A stretch of DNA of 35,611 bases, from positions 1 to 35,611 of the IMG/VR virus record IMGVR_UViG_3300042465_001705; one strand, 5' to 3'. The translations under genes and the position numbers were made by a program. Origin of the DNA: a virus (lineage: Duplodnaviria; Caudoviricetes). Positions 1 through 7,485 of the stretch are shown here, piece after piece. Below the pieces are notes generated by a model. That model did no database searches and was not told where the DNA came from. It was given only the letters and a program-made list of their open reading frames with translations. Every line of letters starts with the position of its first letter. Within the stretch, counting starts at the first letter, position 1.

Positions 1-1644
1 TCAAATACTGTTTTTGGCGACCCTTGCTCTGGCATCGGGAAAAGACTTCAAATCATTTTGCATTACTCACCAGTAACACCAGCGCCCGAGCCTTCATCAA
101 TCTGCCCACCTAGCAATTTAACAATTAGTGATGATGGCAGTTTGCTAACACTTAATTGGTCTGCACCTAGTTGCGGAAATGTTCAACCAGAGAGATATGC
201 AATTGCTTTTAACGCATCTGGAGGTGGATGGGGAATCGCAACAGGCAATGTTGGAGATGCCCAAGCCTTAAACACAACAATTACTATCGGTCACGATTTA
301 CTTTACGGATTAAGACCCGCTGGAACCGAATGGACATTTTCAATTCGCTCCGACAATGACACCTTGAGTATGTATTCCTCTAATTCAAATCTGGTGACAA
401 TGGTGGTTGGCTCAGTTCCCGAGCCTTCTCCTTCGCCTTCTCCAAGCGAGACAGCGACTCCGACTCCCGAACCTTCTCCAAGTCCAGCGGTTCAAGAACC
501 TCAACCGACTCCTCAACCGACACCAGTTGTTTCCCCCAGTTCGGAACCGTCTCCCAGCCCGAATACTCCGATGCCTTCACCAACATCGGAATCACCTTCG
601 ACAGAGACTCCAGCCCCTCAACCTTCCGTAACTCCGACTCCTCAACCGCAACCGAGCCAGGAACCTTCGCAGTCCACACCTGAACCCACACCTTTGCCAT
701 CGCCTATTCCTCCTGCCGTTGAACCAACACCAATTGCAATTCCTGACCCGCCGCCATTACCAGAACCCGACCCTACTCCATTGCCCGATGTCGCCCCGAC
801 TCCCGATGAAATTCCCATTCCCGAGCCTGAGCCAGAACCATTGCCGAGCGAGCCTGAACCAATTCCTGTTGAGCCAGAGCCAATTCTTGAGCCAGAGCCT
901 CCAGTTGAGCCTCCAGTCGAAGCATTAGAACCGCCTGATGTAGCGCCCGAACCAGAACCAGAACCAGTAGACCTACCACCGACAATAGAAGAGCCGTCTC
1001 CTGAACCATTAGAAACCTCCGAGGTTATTGACGATGTTTTATCGGATGGAAAGATTACACCCGCTGATGCTGAAGCGGTAGTTGATTCATTGATGGAAGA
1101 TGGAGAAGTTACCGAAGCCGAAGCGACTGAGTTAATCGAAACTCTTTCAGATGGTGGCGCTTTATCTGGAGCCGAAGAAGATTTAATTCTTGATGCTCTT
1201 TCAGCCGATGGCGAGATTACCCAAGACGAGGTAAACAATCTTTCAGAAACTCTCTCTGGAGACGGAACATTTACTGAATCAGAAAAAGAACTTGTAGCCG
1301 AAGCGATTATTGCTCAATTTGATGGCGCTCCAGTTACAGCCGCGGCAATCGCTGAAGCGGGAATTGATTACGAGAATCTGCCACCCGAGACTCCAGTTGA
1401 AACCCGCGTTGATGAAAGCGGAGAACCAATTGTCGTCATAGCCGAAATTGCAGATGCCCTTGAGTTGGTAGCAAACCCAGCCGAATTAGTAGGGGCAATT
1501 TTTACCGACCCTGCTAAGGCACTTATGGCGCTGGGAAATATAGGGGCAGATATGTCCACAACAGAACGCGAAGAATCACAAACAGTTGTTGTTGCCTCGG
1601 TCATCGTGGGAGCAATCGCATCACTATCTATAAGGAGAATGTAA
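1..1644 (+). CDS. 5'-truncated large surface/virion protein: end of SUEL/Gal-lectin-like domain, FN3-like domain, long Pro/Glu-rich linker, acidic repeats, C-terminal hydrophobic segment
   Basis: Frame is open from base 1 (SNTVFGDPCSGIGKRLQIILHY), so the ORF-track start at 58 is probably not the true start. FGDPCxGxxKxL is the SUEL lectin motif; PPSNLT..LTLNWSAP..FSIRS is FN3-like; PEP/PSP-rich region; imperfect LSxDGxITxxE repeats; ends VVVASVIVGAIASLSIRRM. Confidence 0.7.
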   Translation, partial: SNTVFGDPCSGIGKRLQIILHYSPVTPAPEPSSICPPSNLTISDDGSLLTLNWSAPSCGNVQPERYAIAFNASGGGWGIATGNVGDAQALNTTITIGHDLLYGLRPAGTEWTFSIRSDNDTLSMYSSNSNLVTMVVGSVPEPSPSPSPSETATPTPEPSPSPAVQEPQPTPQPTPVVSPSSEPSPSPNTPMPSPTSESPSTETPAPQPSVTPTPQPQPSQEPSQSTPEPTPLPSPIPPAVEPTPIAIPDPPPLPEPDPTPLPDVAPTPDEIPIPEPEPEPLPSEPEPIPVEPEPILEPEPPVEPPVEALEPPDVAPEPEPEPVDLPPTIEEPSPEPLETSEVIDDVLSDGKITPADAEAVVDSLMEDGEVTEAEATELIETLSDGGALSGAEEDLILDALSADGEITQDEVNNLSETLSGDGTFTESEKELVAEAIIAQFDGAPVTAAAIAEAGIDYENLPPETPVETRVDESGEPIVVIAEIADALELVANPAELVGAIFTDPAKALMALGNIGADMSTTEREESQTVVVASVIVGAIASLSIRRM

Positions 1645-1818
1645 ATGAAGAACTTCTTCAATGACCTAATCGGTCAGTTATTCACCATGCTTGGATTTTT
1701 TATTGCATGGGTAACCATTGATGGGTCTGCTAAATCCGCAGTTGCCTACGCAACGGCATGGTGCCTCGGCATCTGGATTTTGACCTATCCACTACGCAGA
1801 AAAAAGGATGAAGAATGA
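1645..1818 (+). CDS. small two-TM membrane protein (57 aa, not in ORF track)
   Basis: ATG directly after the upstream TAA, with AAGGAG upstream; MKNFFNDLIGQLFTMLGFFIAWVTIDGSAKSAVAYATAWCLGIWILTYPLRRKKDEE; stop overlaps the next ATG (ATGA). Confidence 0.75.
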   Translation: MKNFFNDLIGQLFTMLGFFIAWVTIDGSAKSAVAYATAWCLGIWILTYPLRRKKDEE

Positions 1819-2054
1819 AAAATGTAAACAATATCGTGATGCGGATTCTTTCCGTATTTGCCGCATCTGGTCTATCGGTCATCGGAGCAGGGTCGCTCTT
1901 TGGGCTTGAGCCTCTGACAGCCGCGCTTATGGCTGGCTTGCTCGGAGTTGCCACCGTGGTCGAATCTCTGGCTCGCTCATTCCTAGATGACGGCAAACTG
2001 ACCACCGCAGAGGTCAATGAAGCCTTCAGTAAGGTAGACAAGAAAAAGGCTTAA
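1815..2054 (+). CDS. small membrane protein, possibly holin-like
   Basis: 79 aa, two hydrophobic helices and a charged C-terminus; coupled to the upstream gene. Confidence 0.6.
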   Translation: MKNVNNIVMRILSVFAASGLSVIGAGSLFGLEPLTAALMAGLLGVATVVESLARSFLDDGKLTTAEVNEAFSKVDKKKA

Positions 2055-2083
2055 ACACGCCGATGGGGGATAAATGGATGGAT

Positions 2084-2135
2084 TTGTATATCTAACCCCC
2101 ATAGGGTAAACTGGAGTTGTCAAAGAGAGAGGACA
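2084..2135 (+). promoter_or_regulatory. sigma70/SigA-type promoter plus extended RBS
   Basis: TTGTAT (2084-2089), 17 nt spacer, TAAACT (2107-2112); GAGAGAGGACA (2125-2135) before ATG 2139; inverted repeat ATGGGGG (2063-2069)/CCCCCAT (2096-2102) overlaps it. Confidence 0.65.
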
Positions 2136-2138
2136 ACA

Positions 2139-2984
2139 ATGGTTACCAAAGAGTTTGCAGTCAAGATTGATACAGAACTATCTGAGTTGCATTTCAAGCG
2201 TTTCAATTTGTTGTTCGATTTAGAAAGTGCAATTGATACAAAAGAGTTCTACGAAAAGCATTACCCAACCCGTATTGAAGAAATTGCAAAACAAGAGGGC
2301 AAGATTGAATCTGCAAGAAAAAAGATTTTTGAAGTAGGTTCCCAGATTCTTGACCTCAATGAGATTTATGACCAAGACCCATGGACACGCGCTTTCTTGG
2401 TAATCAATAGCAATGGTCATGTTCACAAATCACAGGATTGCAACACTTGTTTTCCGACCACTCGTTTTCAATGGTTGGTTCAATACAGCAATGACGATGA
2501 GAACATAATTGTTGAAGATGCTGGTCAAGACGCTTGCACAGTTTGTTATCCATCTGCTCCAGCCGATGTCTTGAATCGCCCAAGCCGAATCGTTACAGCC
2601 GACAAAATTGCCAAGGCTGAAGCAAAGGCAGAGCGTGATGCAAAGAAGGCGGCTCGAATTGCCAAAGAGAAGGCAAACGCTCCAACAGCATCAGGCAAAT
2701 TCTTGACCTACAAAGAGGGCAAGTGGACAAGAGAAATCAAGACAGAGCGTTCAGCGATTACTGAATGGTTTAGCCAATACTCAGATTCTCAGCGCGAAAT
2801 CGTTACAGAATATTACGATGGCAAGCCACACACAGAGGAAAGTATTCAAGAGCAAAAGAATCGCAGAGCCTTCGCTGGAGAGATTGCTCAGTTGATTTGT
2901 TTCAACTTGGCTGAAAAGCACGGAATTACTTATGATGAGCAAGAAGCAATTCTTATCAAGAAGTATGAGAAGAGAGGCTACTAA
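2139..2984 (+). CDS. hypothetical protein with putative Zn-binding motif
   Basis: 281 aa ORF with strong RBS; HVHKSQDCNTC and CTVCYPSAP motifs. Confidence 0.75.
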   Translation: MVTKEFAVKIDTELSELHFKRFNLLFDLESAIDTKEFYEKHYPTRIEEIAKQEGKIESARKKIFEVGSQILDLNEIYDQDPWTRAFLVINSNGHVHKSQDCNTCFPTTRFQWLVQYSNDDENIIVEDAGQDACTVCYPSAPADVLNRPSRIVTADKIAKAEAKAERDAKKAARIAKEKANAPTASGKFLTYKEGKWTREIKTERSAITEWFSQYSDSQREIVTEYYDGKPHTEESIQEQKNRRAFAGEIAQLICFNLAEKHGITYDEQEAILIKKYEKRGY

Positions 2985-3640
2985 TGACCAACATTGACGC
3001 TCAATTACTAGAGTATGCAAAAATCATGGGGTCAAATGAGGACTTGCATCCTGATTTAGTTCCCTATGTCTCAGACGGACCTTTAGGAAAACAACTTCGA
3101 CACCCGCTTGTGTATCAAATCGCTATGACAGGCAATGGATGGGCTAATGCTTACTATCTACAAAAGAAAACAGATAGCGAAAAAGCGCTCGCCAATAAAA
3201 AATACGATTCCTTCGTATGGCTACATGAACGCCCTTATCGCGTAGAAGCATTTATCCAGATTGCAGATAAGTTATCCGATACAAAATATTGGTCGCTTCT
3301 TGGTTCAATCTGGACAGATACAGAGAATCAATGGCAGAACCTTGAGCAATGGACAGAGTTGCTCTCAGCCAATCGTTCAAGCCGTCATTATTTGATGGAT
3401 GAATCAGAGGTTCAGTTGTTGAATTCACTACCAGAGTTTGTTAAAATATACCGTGGATGCGTCAAGGGTCTAAATGAAAATGGACTTTCATGGACATTAG
3501 ACAAAGCCAAGGCAGAATTCTTTGCTAAAAGATTTAGCAAGGAAGGAATTATCTTAGAGAGAGAAATTCCAAAGGCAGACATTATTGCGGTTCTAACAGG
3601 TCGCGGTGAATCTGAAGTGATATGCGAGGTAAAGAAATGA
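2984..3640 (+). CDS. hypothetical protein with a C-terminal ADP-ribosyltransferase-like motif set
   Basis: KIYRG...GLSWT...A..FA...GESEVI resembles the R-S-E ART signature; coupled by TAATG. Confidence 0.55.
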   Translation: MTNIDAQLLEYAKIMGSNEDLHPDLVPYVSDGPLGKQLRHPLVYQIAMTGNGWANAYYLQKKTDSEKALANKKYDSFVWLHERPYRVEAFIQIADKLSDTKYWSLLGSIWTDTENQWQNLEQWTELLSANRSSRHYLMDESEVQLLNSLPEFVKIYRGCVKGLNENGLSWTLDKAKAEFFAKRFSKEGIILEREIPKADIIAVLTGRGESEVICEVKK

Positions 3641-3735
3641 AATGCCCTAAATGCGGCACAGAGCCTCACACTCCAATCCAGATTAAACGGGCGGGAATGT
3701 GTCGCTGGTGCGAGAAGCAAGAGGAGACAAAATGA
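3637..3735 (+). CDS. tiny Zn-ribbon protein (32 aa)
   Basis: MKCPKCGTEPHTPIQIKRAGMCRWCEKQEETK; two CxxC; ATGA overlaps at both ends; GAGG RBS. Confidence 0.6.
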   Translation: MKCPKCGTEPHTPIQIKRAGMCRWCEKQEETK

Positions 3736-3872
3736 AATGCTATACCTGCGGTTCAGAGTTCAGAATTACTTTCGTGAAAGGCAAGCCATATTGTTTTCAA
3801 TGTGAGGCAGATGTTTCACTTGTTGTTTATGGGGTCATCCAACTACACAAAGGAGAGAAAAATGCTGGCTAA
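3732..3872 (+). CDS. small Zn-ribbon protein (46 aa)
   Basis: MKCYTCGSEFRITFVKGKPYCFQCEADV...; two CxxC; GAGGAG RBS. Confidence 0.6.
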   Translation: MKCYTCGSEFRITFVKGKPYCFQCEADVSLVVYGVIQLHKGEKNAG

Positions 3873-4008
3873 ATATCTATCTAAGCATGGTCGAGTTACC
3901 GAGCGTGGCTACAAAGTCTCAGAGTGGATTGATGCCGCTGGGATATTCACCCTGATATTCCTCGTATTCGGGGTTGTAGGGTCAATTGAGAGCGGCAGAT
4001 GGTTCTAG
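3862..4008 (+). CDS. small membrane protein (48 aa; start moved from 3802)
   Basis: AAGGAG RBS before ATG 3862; one hydrophobic helix (AAGIFTLIFLVFGVVG). Confidence 0.6.
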   Translation: MLAKYLSKHGRVTERGYKVSEWIDAAGIFTLIFLVFGVVGSIESGRWF

Positions 4009-4154
4009 TGAGAGTTCCATCATGGTTCAAGAGGAAAGAGCCTCTACGCCTCTCTGAAGCCTCTTTGCGGCGTGTTCAACGGGCGGAGGCTGAGAAGGCT
4101 CTCCAGCGACTCGCCGATGAGCGTAAGGCTCAGGAGTTGAATAACCAACCATAG
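4008..4154 (+). CDS. small hypothetical protein (48 aa, GTG start)
   Basis: GTG overlaps the upstream TAG; helical, charged sequence VRVPSWFKRKEPLRLSEASLRRVQRAEAEKALQRLADERKAQELNNQP fills the gap. Confidence 0.45.
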   Translation: MRVPSWFKRKEPLRLSEASLRRVQRAEAEKALQRLADERKAQELNNQP

Positions 4155-4187
4155 TTTGATATACTGGGTATACATCGAGAGAGAGGA
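4137..4187 (+). promoter_or_regulatory. sigma70/SigA-type promoter plus extended RBS
   Basis: TTGAAT (4137-4142), 17 nt spacer, TATACT (4160-4165); GAGAGAGGA (4179-4187); spacer shares AACC..CCATAG with the promoter at 2084. Confidence 0.7.
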
Positions 4188-4193
4188 ATCAAG

Positions 4194-4352
4194 ATGGCTT
4201 CAGTTGAATTTAATAAATATGAACTTGAAAGTTTTTTGCTGGTGGTTTCCAAGAAGATTGACAAATTGGAAAATGCTGGCAAAAACCCTGGTTCACTAAA
4301 AGAAACTTTTGAAAAACTTTTGAAAGCCAAAAAAGAGGAGGAGAGTAAATGA
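4194..4352 (+). CDS. small hypothetical protein (52 aa)
   Basis: MASVEFNKYELESFLLVVSKKIDKLENAGKNPGSLKETFEKLLKAKKEEESK; follows promoter and RBS; ATGA overlap with the next gene. Confidence 0.7.
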   Translation: MASVEFNKYELESFLLVVSKKIDKLENAGKNPGSLKETFEKLLKAKKEEESK

Positions 4353-4762
4353 CCACAGTAGAAAAAATTAAAAGCGGTTACGACATTCTTGTCGAAGCAT
4401 CAGAAGCGGCAGAAGCCGCGGTCAAGGCTTGCCGACCAACACCAATGATTGTTGGTTCTCCATCAACGCCACTTGGCAATGATGTAGACCCAACACAGCA
4501 AACTTGGTTTGTTGAAGGTGGAGTTTGCGGATTCGCTTCAGTTGTAATTAAGCCAGCGCGAGGAAAATTCGTTGCTGAATTAAAGAAGCGTGGGCTTGGT
4601 GGAGCGCACTACTACGGCGGTTATTCCGTGAGTTCGTGGCAATTCGCACCAAGTATCCGCCGCGACCAAAGTTATGAAAGAGCGTGTGCGGCGGCAGAGG
4701 GAGCAGTCAAAGTTCTCCAAAGTTACGGCATTAACGCTTATGTGGATGCACGAATAGACTAA
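4349..4762 (+). CDS. hypothetical phage protein
   Basis: 137 aa, GAGGAG RBS, GGVCGFA motif. Confidence 0.75.
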   Translation: MTTVEKIKSGYDILVEASEAAEAAVKACRPTPMIVGSPSTPLGNDVDPTQQTWFVEGGVCGFASVVIKPARGKFVAELKKRGLGGAHYYGGYSVSSWQFAPSIRRDQSYERACAAAEGAVKVLQSYGINAYVDARID

Positions 4763-4770
4763 ATAGAGTT

Positions 4771-4812
4771 CACCCGCTGGTTGAGCGCCGTTCCGTTCCC
4801 AGCGGGTGTTCT
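4771..4812 (+). terminator. hairpin, probable terminator of the early cluster
   Basis: CACCCGCTGG (4771-4780) pairs with CCAGCGGGTG (4799-4808); only a weak U-tail. Confidence 0.5.
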
Positions 4813-4838
4813 ATATGCGCTTGGTGTAACCTATTCTC

Positions 4839-4939
4839 GGGCGCGCCTAGTTCGGTGGGGTAGATTGCCCGATGCGGTCTGTCCTCTCTCATAGACTTGC
4901 ATTGCGTTGGCTCCCCCACCGAACGCCTATTTATTTATT
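4839..4939 (+). ncRNA. candidate small structured RNA with an anti-RBS loop
   Basis: Perfect 11-bp outer stem GTTCGGTGGGG (4850-4860)/CCCCACCGAAC (4914-4924); inner stem closes a CCTCTCTC loop (4883-4890); TAACCT -10-like element at 4827-4832; T-rich tail. Confidence 0.5.
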
Positions 4940-5093
4940 ACTCTGGTTGGTTACAATTCCCAGATTTATCTGATACCGTTTATGCAGGTTCGCAAAACAC
5001 CTACACCTCAAAAGCGAGGTCAGTCCGATACTGACACCAACGATGCGTTACATCCAGTAACGAAAAATTGTTTGCTCCGAACTATGGAGGATT

Positions 5094-5558
5094 ATGCGAT
5101 TCTATGAAATTGTTACCTTAAAACCTATGCACATCGCGCTAATCAGCGCATTACTGATTACAACTAATCCACTTCAGATGCCAAGAGACCCTTCGGCAAA
5201 TGCAGTTGAAGTAATAGTTGAACCACCTAAACCAATTCTGGTTGAAAGAACACCAGAGGCGGCTAAGGCTTATGCCAAAACCCAATTAGATACTTTCGGC
5301 TGGGATACACCTGCTCAATGGGCTTGCCTTTTGGATTTGTGGACTGGCGAATCAAATTGGAGACCCGCGGCGTATAACAAGCAACCCGTTTACCAAAATG
5401 GCGAGCGCCTTCACGCAGGTGGAATTCCTCAGATTCTAGGACTTGACCCAGACACCACGGTTGAGCGACAGATTGAAAGAGGATTTCTTTATATCGAAAG
5501 TCGCTATGACACGCCCTGCAACGCGAATTCTTTCTGGCATAGAAATTTTTGGTATTAG
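5094..5558 (+). CDS. secreted lytic transglycosylase-like (lysozyme-fold) protein
   Basis: N-terminal hydrophobic segment; CL..LW..ESNW (catalytic Glu), GIPQ, QI..G..YI..RY..PC.A..FW....WY, the pattern of actinobacterial SLT-like proteins; GGAGG RBS. Confidence 0.8.
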   Translation: MRFYEIVTLKPMHIALISALLITTNPLQMPRDPSANAVEVIVEPPKPILVERTPEAAKAYAKTQLDTFGWDTPAQWACLLDLWTGESNWRPAAYNKQPVYQNGERLHAGGIPQILGLDPDTTVERQIERGFLYIESRYDTPCNANSFWHRNFWY

Positions 5559-5567
5559 AGTTCGCGC

Positions 5568-5882
5568 ATGAGCGAACAGAATAAAAAACCATCCGCAATA
5601 GACAATGCCCTTGCTGATATAGCCAGGGTTGCTTTCGAGGACCCAGCAATATGCACGGGCTGGGTCCTTGTTTCTGAATGGACAGATGGCACGGCTAAAG
5701 GATTCTGGACAGTAGTTTTTGCAGACGACCAAAATCCAGATTGGCGACAAAAAGGGCTAGTGCATCATGCACTAGATACATGGGGAGAGGACAACCTTTA
5801 TGACGATAACGAAGAAGAAGATGACTCCGAAAGAGAAGATGGAGATGGAGAGACAGGAACTCCTGAACAAACTTCTAGTTGA
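5568..5882 (+). CDS. hypothetical protein with acidic tail, probably leaderless
   Basis: 104 aa; TAGAGT (5556-5561) 6 nt before the ATG; no SD. Confidence 0.7.
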   Translation: MSEQNKKPSAIDNALADIARVAFEDPAICTGWVLVSEWTDGTAKGFWTVVFADDQNPDWRQKGLVHHALDTWGEDNLYDDNEEEDDSEREDGDGETGTPEQTSS

Positions 5883-5943
5883 AAGATTCGGCGAATTAGC
5901 GACACGCCCAGAGAGCCAAATCACAGAAAGTGTGAATACTTAA
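5800..5943 (+). CDS. small hypothetical protein (47 aa) overlapping the upstream gene's 3' end
   Basis: GGAGAGG RBS before ATG 5800; MTITKKKMTPKEKMEMERQELLNKLLVERFGELATRPESQITESVNT. Confidence 0.5.
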   Translation: MTITKKKMTPKEKMEMERQELLNKLLVERFGELATRPESQITESVNT

Positions 5944-5959
5944 CCCTACTATTTACACC

Positions 5960-6280
5960 ATGAGTTTATTTAACTTTTTGAATAACGCACCTTGTCGTGA
6001 TTCTGACCCATGGTTATTTGACCAGTATCAATTAGATTTAGCGCAACCAGGATTAGCGTATTGCCGCAATTGTAAATTCTGGGATGAATGTGATTCTCAA
6101 GTAAAGCCTGAGAGTTCTAATTATGATGGTATTGCCGCTGGAAAGGTATGGCGCAATGGCAATTTATTGGCTAGGTTATCTCCTACTTCCCCGTATCCGT
6201 TAATCGTTAATGAGGAGAGAGAAGTATTTATTAGTGTTGAAACCCTGGCAGTTCGAAGGAGCGATTTGCTCACAGATTGA
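5960..6280 (+). CDS. whiB: WhiB-like Fe-S protein (divergent)
   Basis: C-DP.LF...CxxC-x5-C with GIAAG in place of G(I/V)WGG; leaderless-type start (TACTAT 5947-5952). Confidence 0.7.
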   Translation: MSLFNFLNNAPCRDSDPWLFDQYQLDLAQPGLAYCRNCKFWDECDSQVKPESSNYDGIAAGKVWRNGNLLARLSPTSPYPLIVNEEREVFISVETLAVRRSDLLTD

Positions 6281-6497
6281 TACAGAATTTTATTTTCCAG
6301 AGAGAAATAAAATCTCAGAGGAAAATAAAAGAGTAAAGGAAATGTGTAGGCGGTGTCCTTGGAAACAAGAATGTCTGACCTACTCGTTACATTACTCAGT
6401 AGTTGGAATCTGGGGAGGAACCTCTACCAGAGAAAGACAAATACTAAGAAGAAAACTAAATATCATCCCGATACCTATTACTGAAGGAAGAAGATAA
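6210..6497 (+). CDS. whiB: WhiB family transcriptional regulator (true start may be slightly downstream)
   Basis: AIC...D.EFYFP...CRRCPWKQEC...GIWGGTSTRER, a canonical WhiB pattern. Confidence 0.9.
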   Translation: MRREKYLLVLKPWQFEGAICSQIDTEFYFPERNKISEENKRVKEMCRRCPWKQECLTYSLHYSVVGIWGGTSTRERQILRRKLNIIPIPITEGRR

Positions 6498-6935
6498 ATG
6501 ACTCAATTAACTATAACGGGGAATCTAGTAGCAGACCCAGAGTTGCGCTTTATACCTAACGGAAAAGCACTCGCAACTTTTACTGTCGTATCATCAAAAT
6601 CTGTTAAGCAAGCCGATGGCTCATGGGAGAACACCGACACGACCTTTTGGGATATTAAGTGTTGGGGCAAGACCGCTGAGAATGTAGCCGAATCAATCGA
6701 AAAGGGAATGTCCGTAATTGTGGTTGGCACCGCAGTTCAAGAGGACTGGAATGATAAAACCACAGGGCAAAAGCGCTCAAAGATGGCTGTTACCGCATGG
6801 AATGTAGGCGTAGACCTAAAGCGCCACACCACCAAAACCAATATCATTAAACACACAGATGCCGCCCATAACCCATCTTCTGCACCTGACCCATGGAGCG
6901 CCCCATTTGGCTCAGATTCAGTTGCGCCTTTCTAA
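6498..6935 (+). CDS. ssb: single-stranded DNA-binding protein
   Basis: ITGNLVADPELRF...W...AENVAES..KG..VIVVG; C-terminal DPW...APF as in actinobacterial SSBs. Confidence 0.95.
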   Translation: MTQLTITGNLVADPELRFIPNGKALATFTVVSSKSVKQADGSWENTDTTFWDIKCWGKTAENVAESIEKGMSVIVVGTAVQEDWNDKTTGQKRSKMAVTAWNVGVDLKRHTTKTNIIKHTDAAHNPSSAPDPWSAPFGSDSVAPF

Positions 6936-6984
6936 CCTTCGTATAGTATGCTAGGGGTTAATAATTTCCTTACGAAAGGGGAAA

Positions 6985-7287
6985 ATGGTGGCTTGGACTG
7001 ATTACTTCATTAGCAATATTGCTGGCGCTAAAGTTGTTGTTTCCGAATCTGGCAAACCGTTCGTCTCGCATGAAATTGACCCACGCGAATATGTAGAAAT
7101 TGAATTGACCGAGAGCATCAATGAGTTGCCCTTCAAGATTTCGTTTCGTTCATTTGATTCACTTGGCGAGCAAACAGAACATCGTATGTATGCTCAAGCG
7201 GGAACAAAAGACATGGCTCGCATCTTTGCAAAAGAAATCACTAACCTGCGTTTGAATTGCAAGGAATTTGTCCTAGACGGAGAATAA
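6985..7287 (+). CDS. hypothetical protein
   Basis: 100 aa; AAGGGG RBS; TATGCT -10-like element upstream. Confidence 0.7.
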   Translation: MVAWTDYFISNIAGAKVVVSESGKPFVSHEIDPREYVEIELTESINELPFKISFRSFDSLGEQTEHRMYAQAGTKDMARIFAKEITNLRLNCKEFVLDGE

Positions 7288-7318
7288 GCCTAAATTCACT
7301 TGATGCTAAAATCATTGG

Positions 7319-7477
7319 GTGGAAGATGACTACTCTGGCTTAAATCGCCATGGTGTCATGTCCGTTCTCGGGGCTTTCGCGGTGCATACCCATGAATTAT
7401 TCTTGGAGTTGCAAAACGCGGGATTCAACGAAGAACAGGCTATTAAAATTCTTGTCGGTCTAGCATCTAAAGAGTAG
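7319..7477 (+). CDS. small hypothetical protein (52 aa, GTG start, probably leaderless)
   Basis: MEDDYSGLNRHGVMSVLGAFAVHTHELFLELQNAGFNEEQAIKILVGLASKE; extended -10 TGcTAAAAT ends 6 nt upstream. Confidence 0.6.
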   Translation: MEDDYSGLNRHGVMSVLGAFAVHTHELFLELQNAGFNEEQAIKILVGLASKE

Positions 7478-7485
7478 AGGGAAAC

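Noticed and set aside
380-1661. Minus-strand and alternative-frame ORFs over the Pro-rich gene (e.g. 642..1238)
   Set aside because: Shadow ORFs of low-complexity coding sequence; no RBS or protein-like features.
4850-4924. tRNA
   Set aside because: About tRNA length, but it folds as one long hairpin with no cloverleaf, T-loop placement or CCA end.
4981-5093. c-di-AMP (ydaO) riboswitch before the transglycosylase
   Set aside because: The context fits, but I cannot find the conserved ydaO sequence blocks; kept only as an unassigned structured leader.
4907-5107. 66-aa ORF from the track
   Set aside because: No RBS, overlaps hairpin-rich intergenic sequence and has an atypical composition.
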